Shown one piece after another: positions 20,724-32,600 of a stretch of 64,000 bases of DNA. Within the stretch, counting starts at the first letter, position 1. Each line of letters opens with the position of its first letter. The stretch spans positions 2,016,001 to 2,080,000 of the forward strand of contig OZ257156.1 of the NCBI GenBank assembly GCA_965279375.1, read 5' to 3'. Under the pieces are notes generated by a model, which ran no database searches, was not told where the DNA came from, and was given only the letters and a program-made list of their open reading frames with translations. This DNA is from Gemmatimonas sp. (GTDB lineage Bacteria; Gemmatimonadota; Gemmatimonadetes; Gemmatimonadales; Gemmatimonadaceae). The translations under genes were made by a program, and so were the position numbers.

Positions 20724-23501
20724 ATGCCTCTGCGTCTTCCGCACCGCCTCCGCTCGGTCCGCGTGCTGCTCGCGTGCCTCACCGTTCCGCTGCTCGCCGC
20801 CAGCACCTCGCGTGCAGGTTCGCGAAGCACCGCGTCGAGCACCGCAGCTACTTCCACGCCGGTGAGACGTCACACGCTCGGCACGCGCGGAGTCGTCACG
20901 CACTTGCGCGAGCGCGTCGTGCTGGATCGACGGATCATCCACGAATTGGTTGGCCCCGTGGAGGTGGAGGCGGGTGGATCGCTGGTGATCGAAGCCGGCA
21001 CCCGCATTGAAGCGCGCCCCGGCGCGTCAATCGATGTGCAGCGCGACGGTGCGATCATCGCCAACGGCACGCTACTCGAACCGATCGTGCTGACGTGCGG
21101 AAGCGTGCCTCGATATGCGGGATGCTGGAACGGGTTGCGTCTGCGTGGCTACGCTCGCATCAACTACGGTACGCCGGACAGTCCTGCCGACCCGCAAGGC
21201 GGTGGCAGTGGCTGTTTGCAGGCAGTCGAGAACGCAACCGCGTTCGGTGGTTGCGCGAATGCCGACTCGAGTGGCGTGCTGCGATTCGTGCGCATCGAGT
21301 ACGCGGCGTCGGGACTTCGGTTGCTTGGCGTCGGCGCCGCAACGCGTGTCGAACACATTCAAGTCAATCGCAGCCTCGGCGACGGCCTCTCGATCGTCGG
21401 AGGCGCTGTCGACATTCGACGCGTTCTGCTCACCGCGAACGCTGGCTACGGCCTGGCGTGGCGTTCGGGGTGGCAAGGGCGCGGTCAGTATGTCGTCGTG
21501 CAACAGGACGCGACGGCGCTCGCGGGTGGAATCAGCGGCAGCAATGCGTCCGCTACTGGCGGCGGCTTCAGCAACACGCCTCGTTCCGCGCCCACTCTCT
21601 TCAATGTGAGCGTCATCGCGCCGGCCGCAGGGTCACTCAGCGGTGAGCGCCCGGCGCTCCATCTGCGGCAAGGAACGGGTGGCATCATCCGCAACCTGCT
21701 CGTGCACAGTTCCGCGCTCGTGCTGGACATCGACGACAATTCGACCTGCGATGCGTTCGACAATCGCAACCGAGTCTCGATCGGCAACCTGGTGCTTGCG
21801 GCCAACGTGCTCCTTGGCAGCCCCGATGTTGATCCCGTGCTGTGCGATCCGTACACATCGCCTAACCTCGAAACGCAGTTGATGAGCGACCCGGCAACCG
21901 CAGCTGTGGTCGTCACCGATCCCGTCGCGCTGTCGACGTTGTTGCGCAACCCGACGAACCTGATCGTTCCCGACTTCCGTCCGGCCAATGGCTCTGCCCC
22001 GTCGACCGTGCCGCTCTCCACGCCGCCGAACGACGGGTTCTTCGATCCGTCCGCTGCATTCGCCGGCGCGGTGGATCCCGCGGCGGCCGCCCGCAACAAC
22101 ATCCCGTGGTACTCGGGCTGGTCCACCGCCGCGCCGACGCCGCCTCCGCCAGGCACCGTGTCCGGCGTTGTGTCGTCGGCAGGTCAGGGGCCCATCGCCA
22201 ATGTGGTGGTGGCGTCGCTCTTCGGTGTTCGCGACACCACGGACGCGAACGGTGCCTTCGCCATCGTACTGCCTGCGGGCCAGCACCAGCTGTCGCTGAC
22301 TGATCTGCCTATCGGCTGCAGCGCAGCGTCGCAGACGGTCAACGCCGTATCCGGTAGCGTGGTCACCGCAAACTTCACCGCCGGATGCACGATCGTTGCC
22401 GATGTTGCGTTGGGTGCGTTGCACGGCTGTCTCATGGCCAGCGATCAGCGGTTGCAGTGCTGGGGGCAGAACGACTACGGCATGGTCGGAGACGGGACGT
22501 CGGTGACGCCACGCCTGCTGCCGGTGTCGGCTGCCGGTGGGCTTCCGTATGACGCCCTCACACTCGGCGCCGGTTTGACGCACACCTGCGCGACGCGCGT
22601 CAGCACCACCTTCTGTTGGGGGGCGAACGTGTTCGGGGTGTTGGGACTCGGCACGACAGGCTTCTTCGCCGCGTCACCCGTCTCCGTCGGAAACGCATCC
22701 ACGCCGACCTTTTCGCGTGCCGCTGCCGGTGGCTACCACGCCTGCGGTCTCACGCCCAGCGGCGAGGCGTGGTGCTGGGGGTGGAACGCGGAAGGGCAGG
22801 TGGGCGCGAACTCCACCGCGTTCAGTATCGCGACACCAACGGCAGTGTCGGTCGGTGCGACGCGCTTTACATCGCTCGCGCTCGGCGAGTCGCACTCGTG
22901 CGGTCTCACATCGGTGGGCGCTGTCTGGTGCTGGGGCGGCAATGGTCGTGGTGAAGCCGGTCGAGACACCGCCGGCCCGGATCTGAAGAGTCTCGTGCCT
23001 GTTCTCATGTCGACGTCATTGACGTTCACGTCGATCGATGCAGGCACGTTGCACACTTGCGCGTTGACCGCGGACGGAACGGCGTACTGCTGGGGATCAC
23101 GCGAGTTCGGCCAGCTTGGTGACGGGAGCACGTCAGGAATTGCAATTGCGCCGGTGCCAGTGAGCACCACCGAGAAGTTCACGCAGATCGCGGCCGGTGG
23201 ATTCACGACGTGCGGTGTCACGACGGCGCAACGCGTGCTCTGTTGGGGAGCCGGCGCGTCCGGCGCACTCGGCAACGGCACCAACAGCGTGACGCAGACG
23301 ACACCGGTCGGCACCACTCCATTGCTCAGTGCGCGACGCGTCGCCGTCAGTCTCGGTACCGCCGACGCGACAACGGTTTGCGCGATTACAACCACCGACG
23401 CGTTGTTCTGCTGGGGCGCAGGTGGCGCTGGTCAGTTGGGCAACGGTACGACGACGTCGTCGAGCGTTCCGGTGCAGGTGCGAGTGCGCGGCCCGTTCTG
23501 A
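20724..23501 (+). CDS. Secreted protein: beta-helix domain, Ig-like repeat, RCC1 repeats
   Basis: L.IEAGT, DSSGVLRFVRIEYA, NNIPWYSGW shared with 35199; repeated H.C......CWG.N..GQ.G. Confidence 0.85.
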   Translation: MPLRLPHRLRSVRVLLACLTVPLLAASTSRAGSRSTASSTAATSTPVRRHTLGTRGVVTHLRERVVLDRRIIHELVGPVEVEAGGSLVIEAGTRIEARPGASIDVQRDGAIIANGTLLEPIVLTCGSVPRYAGCWNGLRLRGYARINYGTPDSPADPQGGGSGCLQAVENATAFGGCANADSSGVLRFVRIEYAASGLRLLGVGAATRVEHIQVNRSLGDGLSIVGGAVDIRRVLLTANAGYGLAWRSGWQGRGQYVVVQQDATALAGGISGSNASATGGGFSNTPRSAPTLFNVSVIAPAAGSLSGERPALHLRQGTGGIIRNLLVHSSALVLDIDDNSTCDAFDNRNRVSIGNLVLAANVLLGSPDVDPVLCDPYTSPNLETQLMSDPATAAVVVTDPVALSTLLRNPTNLIVPDFRPANGSAPSTVPLSTPPNDGFFDPSAAFAGAVDPAAAARNNIPWYSGWSTAAPTPPPPGTVSGVVSSAGQGPIANVVVASLFGVRDTTDANGAFAIVLPAGQHQLSLTDLPIGCSAASQTVNAVSGSVVTANFTAGCTIVADVALGALHGCLMASDQRLQCWGQNDYGMVGDGTSVTPRLLPVSAAGGLPYDALTLGAGLTHTCATRVSTTFCWGANVFGVLGLGTTGFFAASPVSVGNASTPTFSRAAAGGYHACGLTPSGEAWCWGWNAEGQVGANSTAFSIATPTAVSVGATRFTSLALGESHSCGLTSVGAVWCWGGNGRGEAGRDTAGPDLKSLVPVLMSTSLTFTSIDAGTLHTCALTADGTAYCWGSREFGQLGDGSTSGIAIAPVPVSTTEKFTQIAAGGFTTCGVTTAQRVLCWGAGASGALGNGTNSVTQTTPVGTTPLLSARRVAVSLGTADATTVCAITTTDALFCWGAGGAGQLGNGTTTSSSVPVQVRVRGPF

Positions 23502-23778
23502 TCGCGACACGCAGCGTTTGATACGTGCGAGAGGCATCGGCATCGACAGCATCGAACGTGATACAGATGCGATGACGAAAACGCGTGCAGCCAACACGCA
23601 ACGTCAACGGCGGGTCTCGAAGCCGCAACAATCGGCGAGAAACGGATGGATCGCATGGCAGACTGCTCATCGCGCGTCCACCATTGCCTTCCCGCCGCCA
23701 AACCAACCACCGTGAACACTGCGTGTGGTGACTGCCCGGGTCGGCAGGTCTCACACGCTCGCTTTGGAGTACTTCGTC

Positions 23779-26700
23779 GTGTCCAGTTTTCTTCGCCACG
23801 GAATCTGCGTGGCCCTGTGCGTCGGTAGCATGGTCATGCTGCAGGCGTGCGACGACAAGGTCGTCGCTCCGGTGAAGCCACTCATTCGTTCGCTGGAGAT
23901 CTTTCCGAATCCCGCCACAGTGCGCGTGAACGAAGATCTCGTCATGGTCGCCAAGGTTCTCGCCGATTCTGGCGCAGACGTGTCGCTATCGTGGCAATCA
24001 TCCGACCCTCGACGCGTCAGCGTTTCGCCGACCGGAATCATTCGCGGCGTGTCCGTTGGTCCGGCGGTGTTGCTCGTGCAGAGCGACGCGGATCCGAATT
24101 TTTCCAGTGCCATTCCTGTTACGGTGACGCCTCAGTACACGGGCATCAGTGCGATCACGGCATCTCCGTTGGTCGTGACGCTGATTCCCGGTCAGACGCA
24201 ACCGATTTCCGCAACGGTCACGGCGGATCCCGGCGTCAACCGCGCCGTTCGCTACAGCATCGACAATCCGGCGGTCGCGACGATCTCCACGAGTGGTGTG
24301 GTGACTGCTGTCGCTGTCGGATCCGCGCGCGTGACTGTTCGCAGCGTAGTCGATACCAGCGCACAAACCAGTGTCCCGATTACGGTGCGCGCCCCTACCG
24401 GCGCGCGCGTGAGCATTCAGTCTGTCACCAGCCGAGGCACGAATCTGCCGGTCGACCTGCTGGACGTGCACGGCCAGGTGGATGTACTCGTCAATCTCGA
24501 GCCCGGTGAAGCGCAACTCTCGCGACTGGATCTCGTCGTCACCAATGCGGGGCGCGATACGATCGTCGCGTCGCAGAGCTTCACGGCCGCGCAGTCCGCG
24601 CGCGTCTTCGCAACGGGTACCAACGGCGCGGTGAGCGCTGGTGTTGTGGTGCAGAGCTTCCGCACCGACGCCTTCGATCCGCGCGTCGGCACGACGTACT
24701 TCAAGAACGGCGCAATCACCATCAAGGCGATCGCCGTCGATCTTGCACCCTCGGGCACCGCGCAACAATCCGCATCGAGCGCGCTCGGCGCGACCCTGAA
24801 CAATCGCGATGGGTTCCTCGTGCAGGTTCAGGCGCTTCCCACTACCGGTATTGCAACGGCGACCGACCCCGCCGGTCGGCGTTGGTTGCAGGCAGGCCGC
24901 GGACTCGCCGTGACGACAACGCCGGTGATCTTCTCCAACCGGTTGCTCGGCGCTCGCACTATTTCGTTTCCCGGCAACTCGCCCGTCGCGTCGATCACGG
25001 TAAACGGAACGACCGTGTCGGCCGACACCCTGCTGCTCCCGGCCAGCTACACGAGTCCCAATAGCGGCGACGGCTACGTCAACGGCGAACTGCCCAGTGT
25101 GCAGGCGTCGGATGTCCAGGGCAACGCGATCCCGTTGGTGCCCGCGCTGGTCAACGGCTCAGGCGGCGGCATCATGAACGTGCAGCCGTCGTTCACGACC
25201 GGTTTGCGACTCGAAGGACTTCGCGTGGACAACGCGCCACCGCCGGCGGCGACGCTGGTGCTCACCAGCACGGCCAACAACTCCAACAACTGGGTCAACG
25301 GCAGCTACGTCTTCGCGCAGGGGCTGCAGAACTTCGTGCAGGACCTGGGCGTCGGGTTGCGCGGTCCATCGGCGAATCTCACGCCGCAGTCGGCCGAAGT
25401 GACGTTCCTGGCGCTTGGTGGCGATCTGACCGACACCACAGAAGTGACCACGGGAGCAAACCTGCCGGCGTCCAGTTCCAATCTCACGTACGAGTTGATC
25501 GCACGGTACGCGGACCGCCTGGGGAACACGCGCTTCATTTCGCTGTCGGCTGTCGCCGGCGTGCATCCCGGTACGCGTTTCGGTGTGGATCTGTTGCCGC
25601 CGACGCTTCGCTACGCCAGAGATTCGGTCAGTGGTCGGACGTTGATCACCACCAACGCCGACTCCATCTTCGCATCGAACACAGCGGGTACTGGCCATCG
25701 TGTCTTCGCCGTCGATGCGATCGATGATCTCTCGGGGCTGCCGGCGGGTCGCGTGGCCGTGACGCTGCGGCGTTTCGGTCAACCCAGCCCTGCGAACACC
25801 TTCAACGGCACGTACACCTGCGTCATCGGCACGGGCGCGAACTGCGCGCCGGTGCTGCGCAACTACAGCGCGGTACTGCCGGATGACTATCGACAGGTGT
25901 CGGTGCTGGTCGATGACAGCACCGGTGTCGAAGGCTACTACCTGTTCAGCGCGACCGCGCAGGATCAGGCAGGCAACGTCAGCGCGCCGCGCACCAAGCG
26001 TGCGCTGATTGACGCGGGCACCGGCGCTTCCGCGCCGTCGATGACCGGACTTGGGCTGAGCGGGGTGCTCACGGGCAATCAGCCCGCTGCATTCCTCGCG
26101 CTCGCGTCGGACAACGTCGAACTTCGCAGCGGCGGCCTGCTCATTCGCTATCCGAATCTGCCTCTCACGAGTCAGATGCTGGCCTACGGGTTGCCCACGG
26201 GCGGCGGCACGACTCTCGGAGTCGCGTTCGATACGCTGCTCACGTCGCCGATCACGGGAAACCATCCCGCGTTCACGATTCCGAAGTTCATCCGCTCGAT
26301 GGAAGTCGTGGACACCCTCGATCGGCCGCCCACCGCTTCAGGCGTCACGTTGAAGCCGAACGCAGCGAATGCGTGGGTCACCGACTTCGCGTTCGGTGGT
26401 GCACCCTCATCGCTCCCCGCGAACATCACGATCGTTCCTGGCGCCGTGCAGTCGGCGACAACATCACCGGTGTTCGCCGGTAACATCGGAACGATTCGGG
26501 AGCTGCAGACGTGGCGGCGCGCCGGCATCAGCGGATTGCGTTTCGATGCGATCGGCCCGTCTGGCCAAGTGGCGCCGCCGTTCACACGCGTCGTGATCGC
26601 GCGTCTCGACAGCACAGCACTCGCCGTGAGCCCGGAGGCATGGCGCGTGGTTGGAGAGATCGCCGTTCCGGCCGGTGTCGACAACGGACTACGTCGCATC

Positions 26701-26799
26701 TGGAGTTGGGATTTCGGTGGATTGGGCACTGGGAGCTACATCGCCATCGGCGTCAATGCAGCGGGCGATGGCCTCATGACCCGCGTGGTGACGCCATGA
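23779..26799 (+). CDS. Large lipoprotein with two N-terminal bacterial Ig-like (Big_2-like) domains
   Basis: GGAG before GTG 23779; lipobox LQAC; WQSSDP..VSVS..G, NPAVATIS..G.VTAVAVG, DQAGN. Confidence 0.8.
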   Translation: MSSFLRHGICVALCVGSMVMLQACDDKVVAPVKPLIRSLEIFPNPATVRVNEDLVMVAKVLADSGADVSLSWQSSDPRRVSVSPTGIIRGVSVGPAVLLVQSDADPNFSSAIPVTVTPQYTGISAITASPLVVTLIPGQTQPISATVTADPGVNRAVRYSIDNPAVATISTSGVVTAVAVGSARVTVRSVVDTSAQTSVPITVRAPTGARVSIQSVTSRGTNLPVDLLDVHGQVDVLVNLEPGEAQLSRLDLVVTNAGRDTIVASQSFTAAQSARVFATGTNGAVSAGVVVQSFRTDAFDPRVGTTYFKNGAITIKAIAVDLAPSGTAQQSASSALGATLNNRDGFLVQVQALPTTGIATATDPAGRRWLQAGRGLAVTTTPVIFSNRLLGARTISFPGNSPVASITVNGTTVSADTLLLPASYTSPNSGDGYVNGELPSVQASDVQGNAIPLVPALVNGSGGGIMNVQPSFTTGLRLEGLRVDNAPPPAATLVLTSTANNSNNWVNGSYVFAQGLQNFVQDLGVGLRGPSANLTPQSAEVTFLALGGDLTDTTEVTTGANLPASSSNLTYELIARYADRLGNTRFISLSAVAGVHPGTRFGVDLLPPTLRYARDSVSGRTLITTNADSIFASNTAGTGHRVFAVDAIDDLSGLPAGRVAVTLRRFGQPSPANTFNGTYTCVIGTGANCAPVLRNYSAVLPDDYRQVSVLVDDSTGVEGYYLFSATAQDQAGNVSAPRTKRALIDAGTGASAPSMTGLGLSGVLTGNQPAAFLALASDNVELRSGGLLIRYPNLPLTSQMLAYGLPTGGGTTLGVAFDTLLTSPITGNHPAFTIPKFIRSMEVVDTLDRPPTASGVTLKPNAANAWVTDFAFGGAPSSLPANITIVPGAVQSATTSPVFAGNIGTIRELQTWRRAGISGLRFDAIGPSGQVAPPFTRVVIARLDSTALAVSPEAWRVVGEIAVPAGVDNGLRRIWSWDFGGLGTGSYIAIGVNAAGDGLMTRVVTP

Positions 26800-29660
26800 G
26801 TCTCCGGTGGGCAACACGACCGGTGCGTGCGGTGGTGATGGGAATCGTCCTTGTCGTCGTGCTTCCCGACTTCACGTCAGCGCAGACTCCACCGGTGCGC
26901 CCCGCACCGACAACGCCGACGCTTCCGCGGACCGCGCCTGCGCCGAACGTCGCGACGCAGCCGAGCAACACTCGCGGTCGTGTGACCGGCCGAGTGGTGG
27001 ATGTTGCCAGCGGGCAAGGCGTCGCCGATGTGCAGGTGATGATCGTCGGCACCACGTTGGGTGGCCGCACCGATCTCGACGGTCGCTACACGATTCTCAA
27101 CGTCCCCGTGGGTGCCATCTCCATCCAGGCACGGCGGCTCGGCTACCAGCCCAAGCAGTTCGAGCGCGTGGCGGTGTCAGCGACCGAGGCGACGATCGTC
27201 AACTTCACGATCGGTGCTGCGTCGGTTGAGTTGCAGTCGGTGGTGGTACGTGCCGCCGCTGGTGATCGCACCGCGAGTCAAGCGAGTCTGCTTGCTGCAC
27301 AGCAAAAGGCAGCCGCTGCATCCGACGGCGTGAGCGCGGAACAGATCAAGAAGACGCCCGACTCGAACGCCGGCGAAGCCGCGACTCGGGTGAGCGGCGT
27401 ATCCATTGTGGACGGCAAGTTTCTGGTGGCCCGCGGGTTGTCCGAGCGCTACAGCACGACGCTGTTGAACGGCGCTGAAGTGCCGAGTCCGGAGCCGACA
27501 AAGAAGCTCGTACCGCTCGATGTGTTTCCTGCGAGCCTGCTCGAGTCGATCGTTGTGACAAAGTCCGCGACGCCGGACAAGCCCGGAGATTTCTCGGGAG
27601 GCGCGGTCGAGATCAAGACGAAGGAGTTCCCAGACAATCCGATTCGGTCGTTCTCGTTGTCGCAGGGCTACAACTCGCAGACGACCGGTCGCTCGCTGCC
27701 TTTCCCGGAACGGCGCGCGCTGGACTTCTTCGGCTTCGACAACGGATTCCGCGAACCGCCCACGCGCAGCACGCTCGGAAACGGCAGCGCCTTCGAGCGA
27801 GAGCGATTTGCCGAAGGCGTTCGCAGTGCCTGGAAGCCGTCGATCGCTCGCGCGCTCCCCAACCTTGGCCTCGGCTTCACGCTGGGCAATCAACGGCCAT
27901 CGAAAGGGTTCGCAATCGGCTACGTCGTGTCGTTGACCTACTCGGGCGCGCGCGAATACTCGCAAGACCGATTGTTTCGGTACTATCTGGGCGAGGAGGA
28001 GCCGCAGCGCGCCTACGTCTATCAGGACTATCGGAACACGGTGGACTGGGGCGCCGTCGCCAACGTGTCGTTGCGACTTGGCTCCAACAACAAGATCAGC
28101 CTGAAGAATCTCTACACCCGCAATGCCGAAGAACTCTTCAGCACGAACGAAGGGATCAACATCGATCGCAACGGCGACGTGCGGAACTACCAGATGTCCT
28201 ATGTCGAGCGGCAGCTGGCGCAGAGCCAGCTTGCTGGCGAACACCTGCTGCGCTGGTTGTTGAACTCGCGTGTGGAGTGGAAGGCCACGCTGAGTGAGTC
28301 GTCGCGCAACGAGCCGGACAATCGCCAGGCGGAGTACGTGCAGGTGCCACAGACTGGCCAGTACGGGCTCAACTTCAACACCGACTTCTGGTATCGCACG
28401 CTCCAGGACAAGCAGCGGAGCTTCCAGGCGGACTGGCAGTTGCCGACGCGTCTGCTGTGGACGCCGATGACTTTCAAGGTAGGCGGCGCTGTACGACAGA
28501 AGCGTCGCTCCTTCGATGCGTATCTTGGCTCGTTCAACATCGACCAGAGCTCGCGTCCACCGGAAGACCTCAAGTATCTGCCGCCGGAACTGTTGTTCGC
28601 GCCCGAGAACGTCGGGACCTGGGTCAAGGTCGGGTTTCCCGGCGCCAGCGCCCAGCCGTACGACGCGAATGACGACGTCACGGCCGCGTATGCGCTGGTG
28701 GACATGAACATCGCCTCGCGTTTCCGCTTGGTTGCTGGCGCGCGTTCGGAAAACTGGTCCACCGATGTCTTCGACGGCGGAAAAGTACGGGCCGGGCTGG
28801 ACTCATCGCTCGTGCCGACCCGGCGCCGCGTGAAAGACATTCTTCCGTCCGCCAACCTGACCGTTGCGCTGTCGGAGCGGATCAATCTGCGACTCGCGGC
28901 CTTCCAGAGCGTGTCGCGCCCCGACACGCGCGAGCTGTCGCGCGACGAGTATACCGAGGTCTCCGGTTCCTGCGGAACGATTGGCAATCCCGAGTTGCAG
29001 CGCGGGCTGATCTACAATGCCGACTCGCGTCTCGAGTGGTATCCGCGTCCCGGGGAAATCGTGTCCGTCAGCGGTTTCTACAAGTACTTCCAGGATCCAC
29101 TGCTGCGCGTGGTGAGCGGCCGCAACGGCTGCACGTACGGCTACATCAACGGCGAGCACGCCGACAACTTCGGCGCGGAATTCGATTTCCGGAAAGACCT
29201 CACGTTCCTTCCTGGTTCGCTCGAGCGCCTGTCGGTAGGCGCGAACGTGACCGTCGTGAAGTCGAGCGTGTCCATCGCGCCACGGTTCGGTCAGTACACG
29301 CCCGGACTCGACCTCGAAGGCCAGTCGCCGTTTCTCTTCAATACCAGCCTTTCGTGGATTTCCGAAAAAGGCGGCGTGAACGCGAGTGTGTTGTACAACC
29401 GATTCGCGGATCGCATTGTGCGCTACGGGTACGCCTCCGCCAGTCTCGGGCAGGGCCCCAATATCGTCGAGGCGGGGCGTGGCATGCTCGACGCGAAGGC
29501 GCAGTTCGCGGTGGGACACGGGACCACGATCTCGCTGGCCGCGCGAAACCTCACCAACGCCCGCGTGGTCTTCCAGCAAGCCGTGAAGCCGGACAATGGT
29601 TTGACCGGCCGCTCCGTGCCCGGCGTCAGCCTCACGCTTGGGGTGTCCCTTGTCCGATAA
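26796..29660 (+). CDS. TonB-dependent receptor
   Basis: N-terminal carboxypeptidase-regulatory-like domain; plug RVSGVS..RGL.ERY...LNG; GNPEL; ATGA overlap with upstream gene. Confidence 0.9.
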   Translation: MSLRWATRPVRAVVMGIVLVVVLPDFTSAQTPPVRPAPTTPTLPRTAPAPNVATQPSNTRGRVTGRVVDVASGQGVADVQVMIVGTTLGGRTDLDGRYTILNVPVGAISIQARRLGYQPKQFERVAVSATEATIVNFTIGAASVELQSVVVRAAAGDRTASQASLLAAQQKAAAASDGVSAEQIKKTPDSNAGEAATRVSGVSIVDGKFLVARGLSERYSTTLLNGAEVPSPEPTKKLVPLDVFPASLLESIVVTKSATPDKPGDFSGGAVEIKTKEFPDNPIRSFSLSQGYNSQTTGRSLPFPERRALDFFGFDNGFREPPTRSTLGNGSAFERERFAEGVRSAWKPSIARALPNLGLGFTLGNQRPSKGFAIGYVVSLTYSGAREYSQDRLFRYYLGEEEPQRAYVYQDYRNTVDWGAVANVSLRLGSNNKISLKNLYTRNAEELFSTNEGINIDRNGDVRNYQMSYVERQLAQSQLAGEHLLRWLLNSRVEWKATLSESSRNEPDNRQAEYVQVPQTGQYGLNFNTDFWYRTLQDKQRSFQADWQLPTRLLWTPMTFKVGGAVRQKRRSFDAYLGSFNIDQSSRPPEDLKYLPPELLFAPENVGTWVKVGFPGASAQPYDANDDVTAAYALVDMNIASRFRLVAGARSENWSTDVFDGGKVRAGLDSSLVPTRRRVKDILPSANLTVALSERINLRLAAFQSVSRPDTRELSRDEYTEVSGSCGTIGNPELQRGLIYNADSRLEWYPRPGEIVSVSGFYKYFQDPLLRVVSGRNGCTYGYINGEHADNFGAEFDFRKDLTFLPGSLERLSVGANVTVVKSSVSIAPRFGQYTPGLDLEGQSPFLFNTSLSWISEKGGVNASVLYNRFADRIVRYGYASASLGQGPNIVEAGRGMLDAKAQFAVGHGTTISLAARNLTNARVVFQQAVKPDNGLTGRSVPGVSLTLGVSLVR

Positions 29661-32600
29661 GCGTATCGTCCGCCGCCGTACATGGATGGCGGTGCTGCTG
29701 GGCCTCACGCTCGGACAGAGCTGCAAGAGTTCCAGTGAACCCGGCGATCTGTCTCCGCCAACGGAACTGCAGGCCACCGCGCTCGGCGTGAACGCAATCG
29801 CGGTGACCTGGAAGCCGGCTGCGGGTGTCACCAGCTACACACTCGAGCGCCGGACCGATTTCGTCGGCCCATTCGAGGTCATCAAGGACGCGATCCGCGG
29901 CGACGGCGCAGCGCTCGTCAGCTACCTCGACACATCCGTCGAGCCGGAGCACTACTACGGCTATCGCGTGCGCGCGGTCGCGGCGTTGGGAGTTCGCTCC
30001 GATGTATCAACCGTGGCCGGCGCGCGCACGGCGCCCGTGCCCGGCGTGCGCATTCGCACCTCGACGTCGTTTGCGTCACCGGCGTCCGCTGACGCGGACG
30101 GATTCCTGGTGTCTGTGCGCGGTCCGCGCGACACCAGCTCGTTCGCTGTCGCCATCAATGGCGAGCGGCTGATCGCGCCGCTTCCCAAAGGGACCTACAC
30201 CGTCGTGCTGCGCGGACTGGCGATCAACTGCAGTCCGAGAACGCTGGGTGACACGGTCAAAGTCGTGCAGGTTTCGGACGAAGGGCTGAACACGATCGGC
30301 AACGCCGAGTTCAACGTCAGCTGCCGAGATCCAAAGAAGGCCAGCATCGTCACCACGGTGCGCGCCACGGGGGACACCGTGGATGCCGACGGTGTCGTGA
30401 TCACGGTGTCGGGCATCATTCGGGAAGCGGGCACGCCGGCCAACGAACGCGTGTACTTCCAGTCGCGCACGCTGCAAGGTGCCACTCCCGCTGCGCGCTT
30501 TGACGATCTGCGTCTGGGCGACTACGAGATCACGATCAGTGACGTGGAAGCGCCGTGCGTGCTCGACGGCGAACGCCTGCGCACGCTCCAGCCCAAGGCG
30601 CTCGCGGTGGACACGGTGGCGTTCGCGCTCACCTGTCTCAAGCCCGTGGCGCCGGTCGATACCGCAGGTCGGCCGCTCGTGCTTCGACAGGTCTGGTCGG
30701 CTGCGTCCGCGCGTCCGGGTGACAAGGTCTCGCTGCTGACATCGCTCGACCTCCGTGCGCGCCCGGCGCTGCTCGCGGCCGGCGTGACCGGCACGATCCG
30801 CTTCGACAATACGGTCGTGCGATTCGACAGCGCGCGCACGACGCGTGCGTTCCAGGTGACGGCCAACAATCTCGCGCAGCCCGGCATTCTCGCCTTCGCC
30901 GCCGCGCAGACGGATGATCCTGCCCTGCCAGGCAACATCGACATTCTGCGCAGCTGGTACACCGTGATTGGCGCCGTCGGCGCGACGGTCACCACCAACA
31001 CGACGATCACCGACGTCATCTCGTCGACACAAACCAAGTTGACGAGTCAAACACGCGCGGCAGAGGGAACGCTCACGGTCAGCAACACGACGACGAGTCC
31101 GAATCAGGCGCCGACCGCCGTCATCACCGGGCCTACTGCTGGCGCCGTGGGCGCGTCGCTGTCCTTCTCCGGCAGTCAGTCGAGCGATCCGGATGGCAGC
31201 ATCGCGTCGTATGCGTGGAACTTCGGCGATGGTCAATCCGGTACCGGCGCGACGGTGACGAAGAGCTACAGCACCGCCGGCACGTACACCGTTCGCCTCA
31301 CCGTGACGGACGCGCAGGGTGCAACGGGAACGAAGGATCAGCAGGTCGTCATCACCGCATCGGCACCGACCACCGGAAGCGTCGCAGGCACTGTGACGTC
31401 ATCGCTCGGTGGAGGACTTGGCGGCGTCACGATCACAGTCACGGGTGGGTTGACTGCAACAACGGCGGCAAACGGCAGTTACAGCGTCGCGAATGTTGCA
31501 CTCGGCTCACGCACCGTGAGCGTCAGTGGTGTGCCGAGCAACTGCACGGCGCCCGCAGCGCAAACGGTTACCGTCGCGGCGGGCGCAAGTTCGACGGCGA
31601 ACTTCACGGTCACTTGTACGACAACGGGTGGCGGCGCGACGACCGGTACGTTGAATGGTCGCGTCACACGCGTCAGCGATGGCAGCGGCATCGGATTCGC
31701 GCGCATCACCATCACGCCAGCGGGTGGCAGCGCGCTCACGCCGGTGAACACGGCCGTCGACGGCAACTATGCCGCGTCAGGTGTGCCCATCGGCAGCGGA
31801 TCCAATGCAGGGTCGGGTAGCATCACCGTGGACAATCTGCCGAACGGTTGCACCATTCCGGCAGCGCAGCCGTACAGCGGACTCACCGCGAATGGCACGG
31901 TGACAGTCAGCGTTGCAGTCACGTGCGCCGTCGCCACGACGGGCACGCTCACGGGACGCATCACGCGCAGCACCGGCGGTGACGCAGCGGGCGTGAGTGT
32001 CACGGTCACACCGACGGGCGTGTCGGCGCTGCCTGCGGTGACCACGAACAGCACGGGCACCTACACGGTTACGAATGTGCCTGCGGGTGGCGGTGCGCTT
32101 GCGCTCGCGTCGTTGCCGACTGGATGCACGCCTCCCGCGAGCCTGACGTACAGCGGACTCACGGCGGGCGGATCACTCACGAGAGACCTCGTGCTGAACT
32201 GCGTGGCCGGACCGCACACCTATCCGGTGACGGCCACGTGGGGAGCGGTCACGACAGGCGGCCCGACAGGTCGTCAGGTGACGCTTACGATCGCTGTCGA
32301 CATGGGTAGCGCACCCGGTCGACCGGATGTCGCTGGCAATGCAGCCGATCCGATGGCCGCCATCACGCTCGCGGTCGCGTACGACTCGACGAAGTTGGCC
32401 TATCAATCCCGCACGCTGTTGTCGCCGAACGAGTTCGATCTGGGCATCGCCGGCACTGTCGCCGACACTATCCCCGCCAATGCTGGACAAAAGATCACCA
32501 CCGTTGCAGTCGCGAGTTCGGCGGGCGTGGTGAAGACTGGTTCGTTCCAGCTTGTCAGGGTCCTGATGAACATCCGCACCGTGGGTGCTGGCACCGTTAC

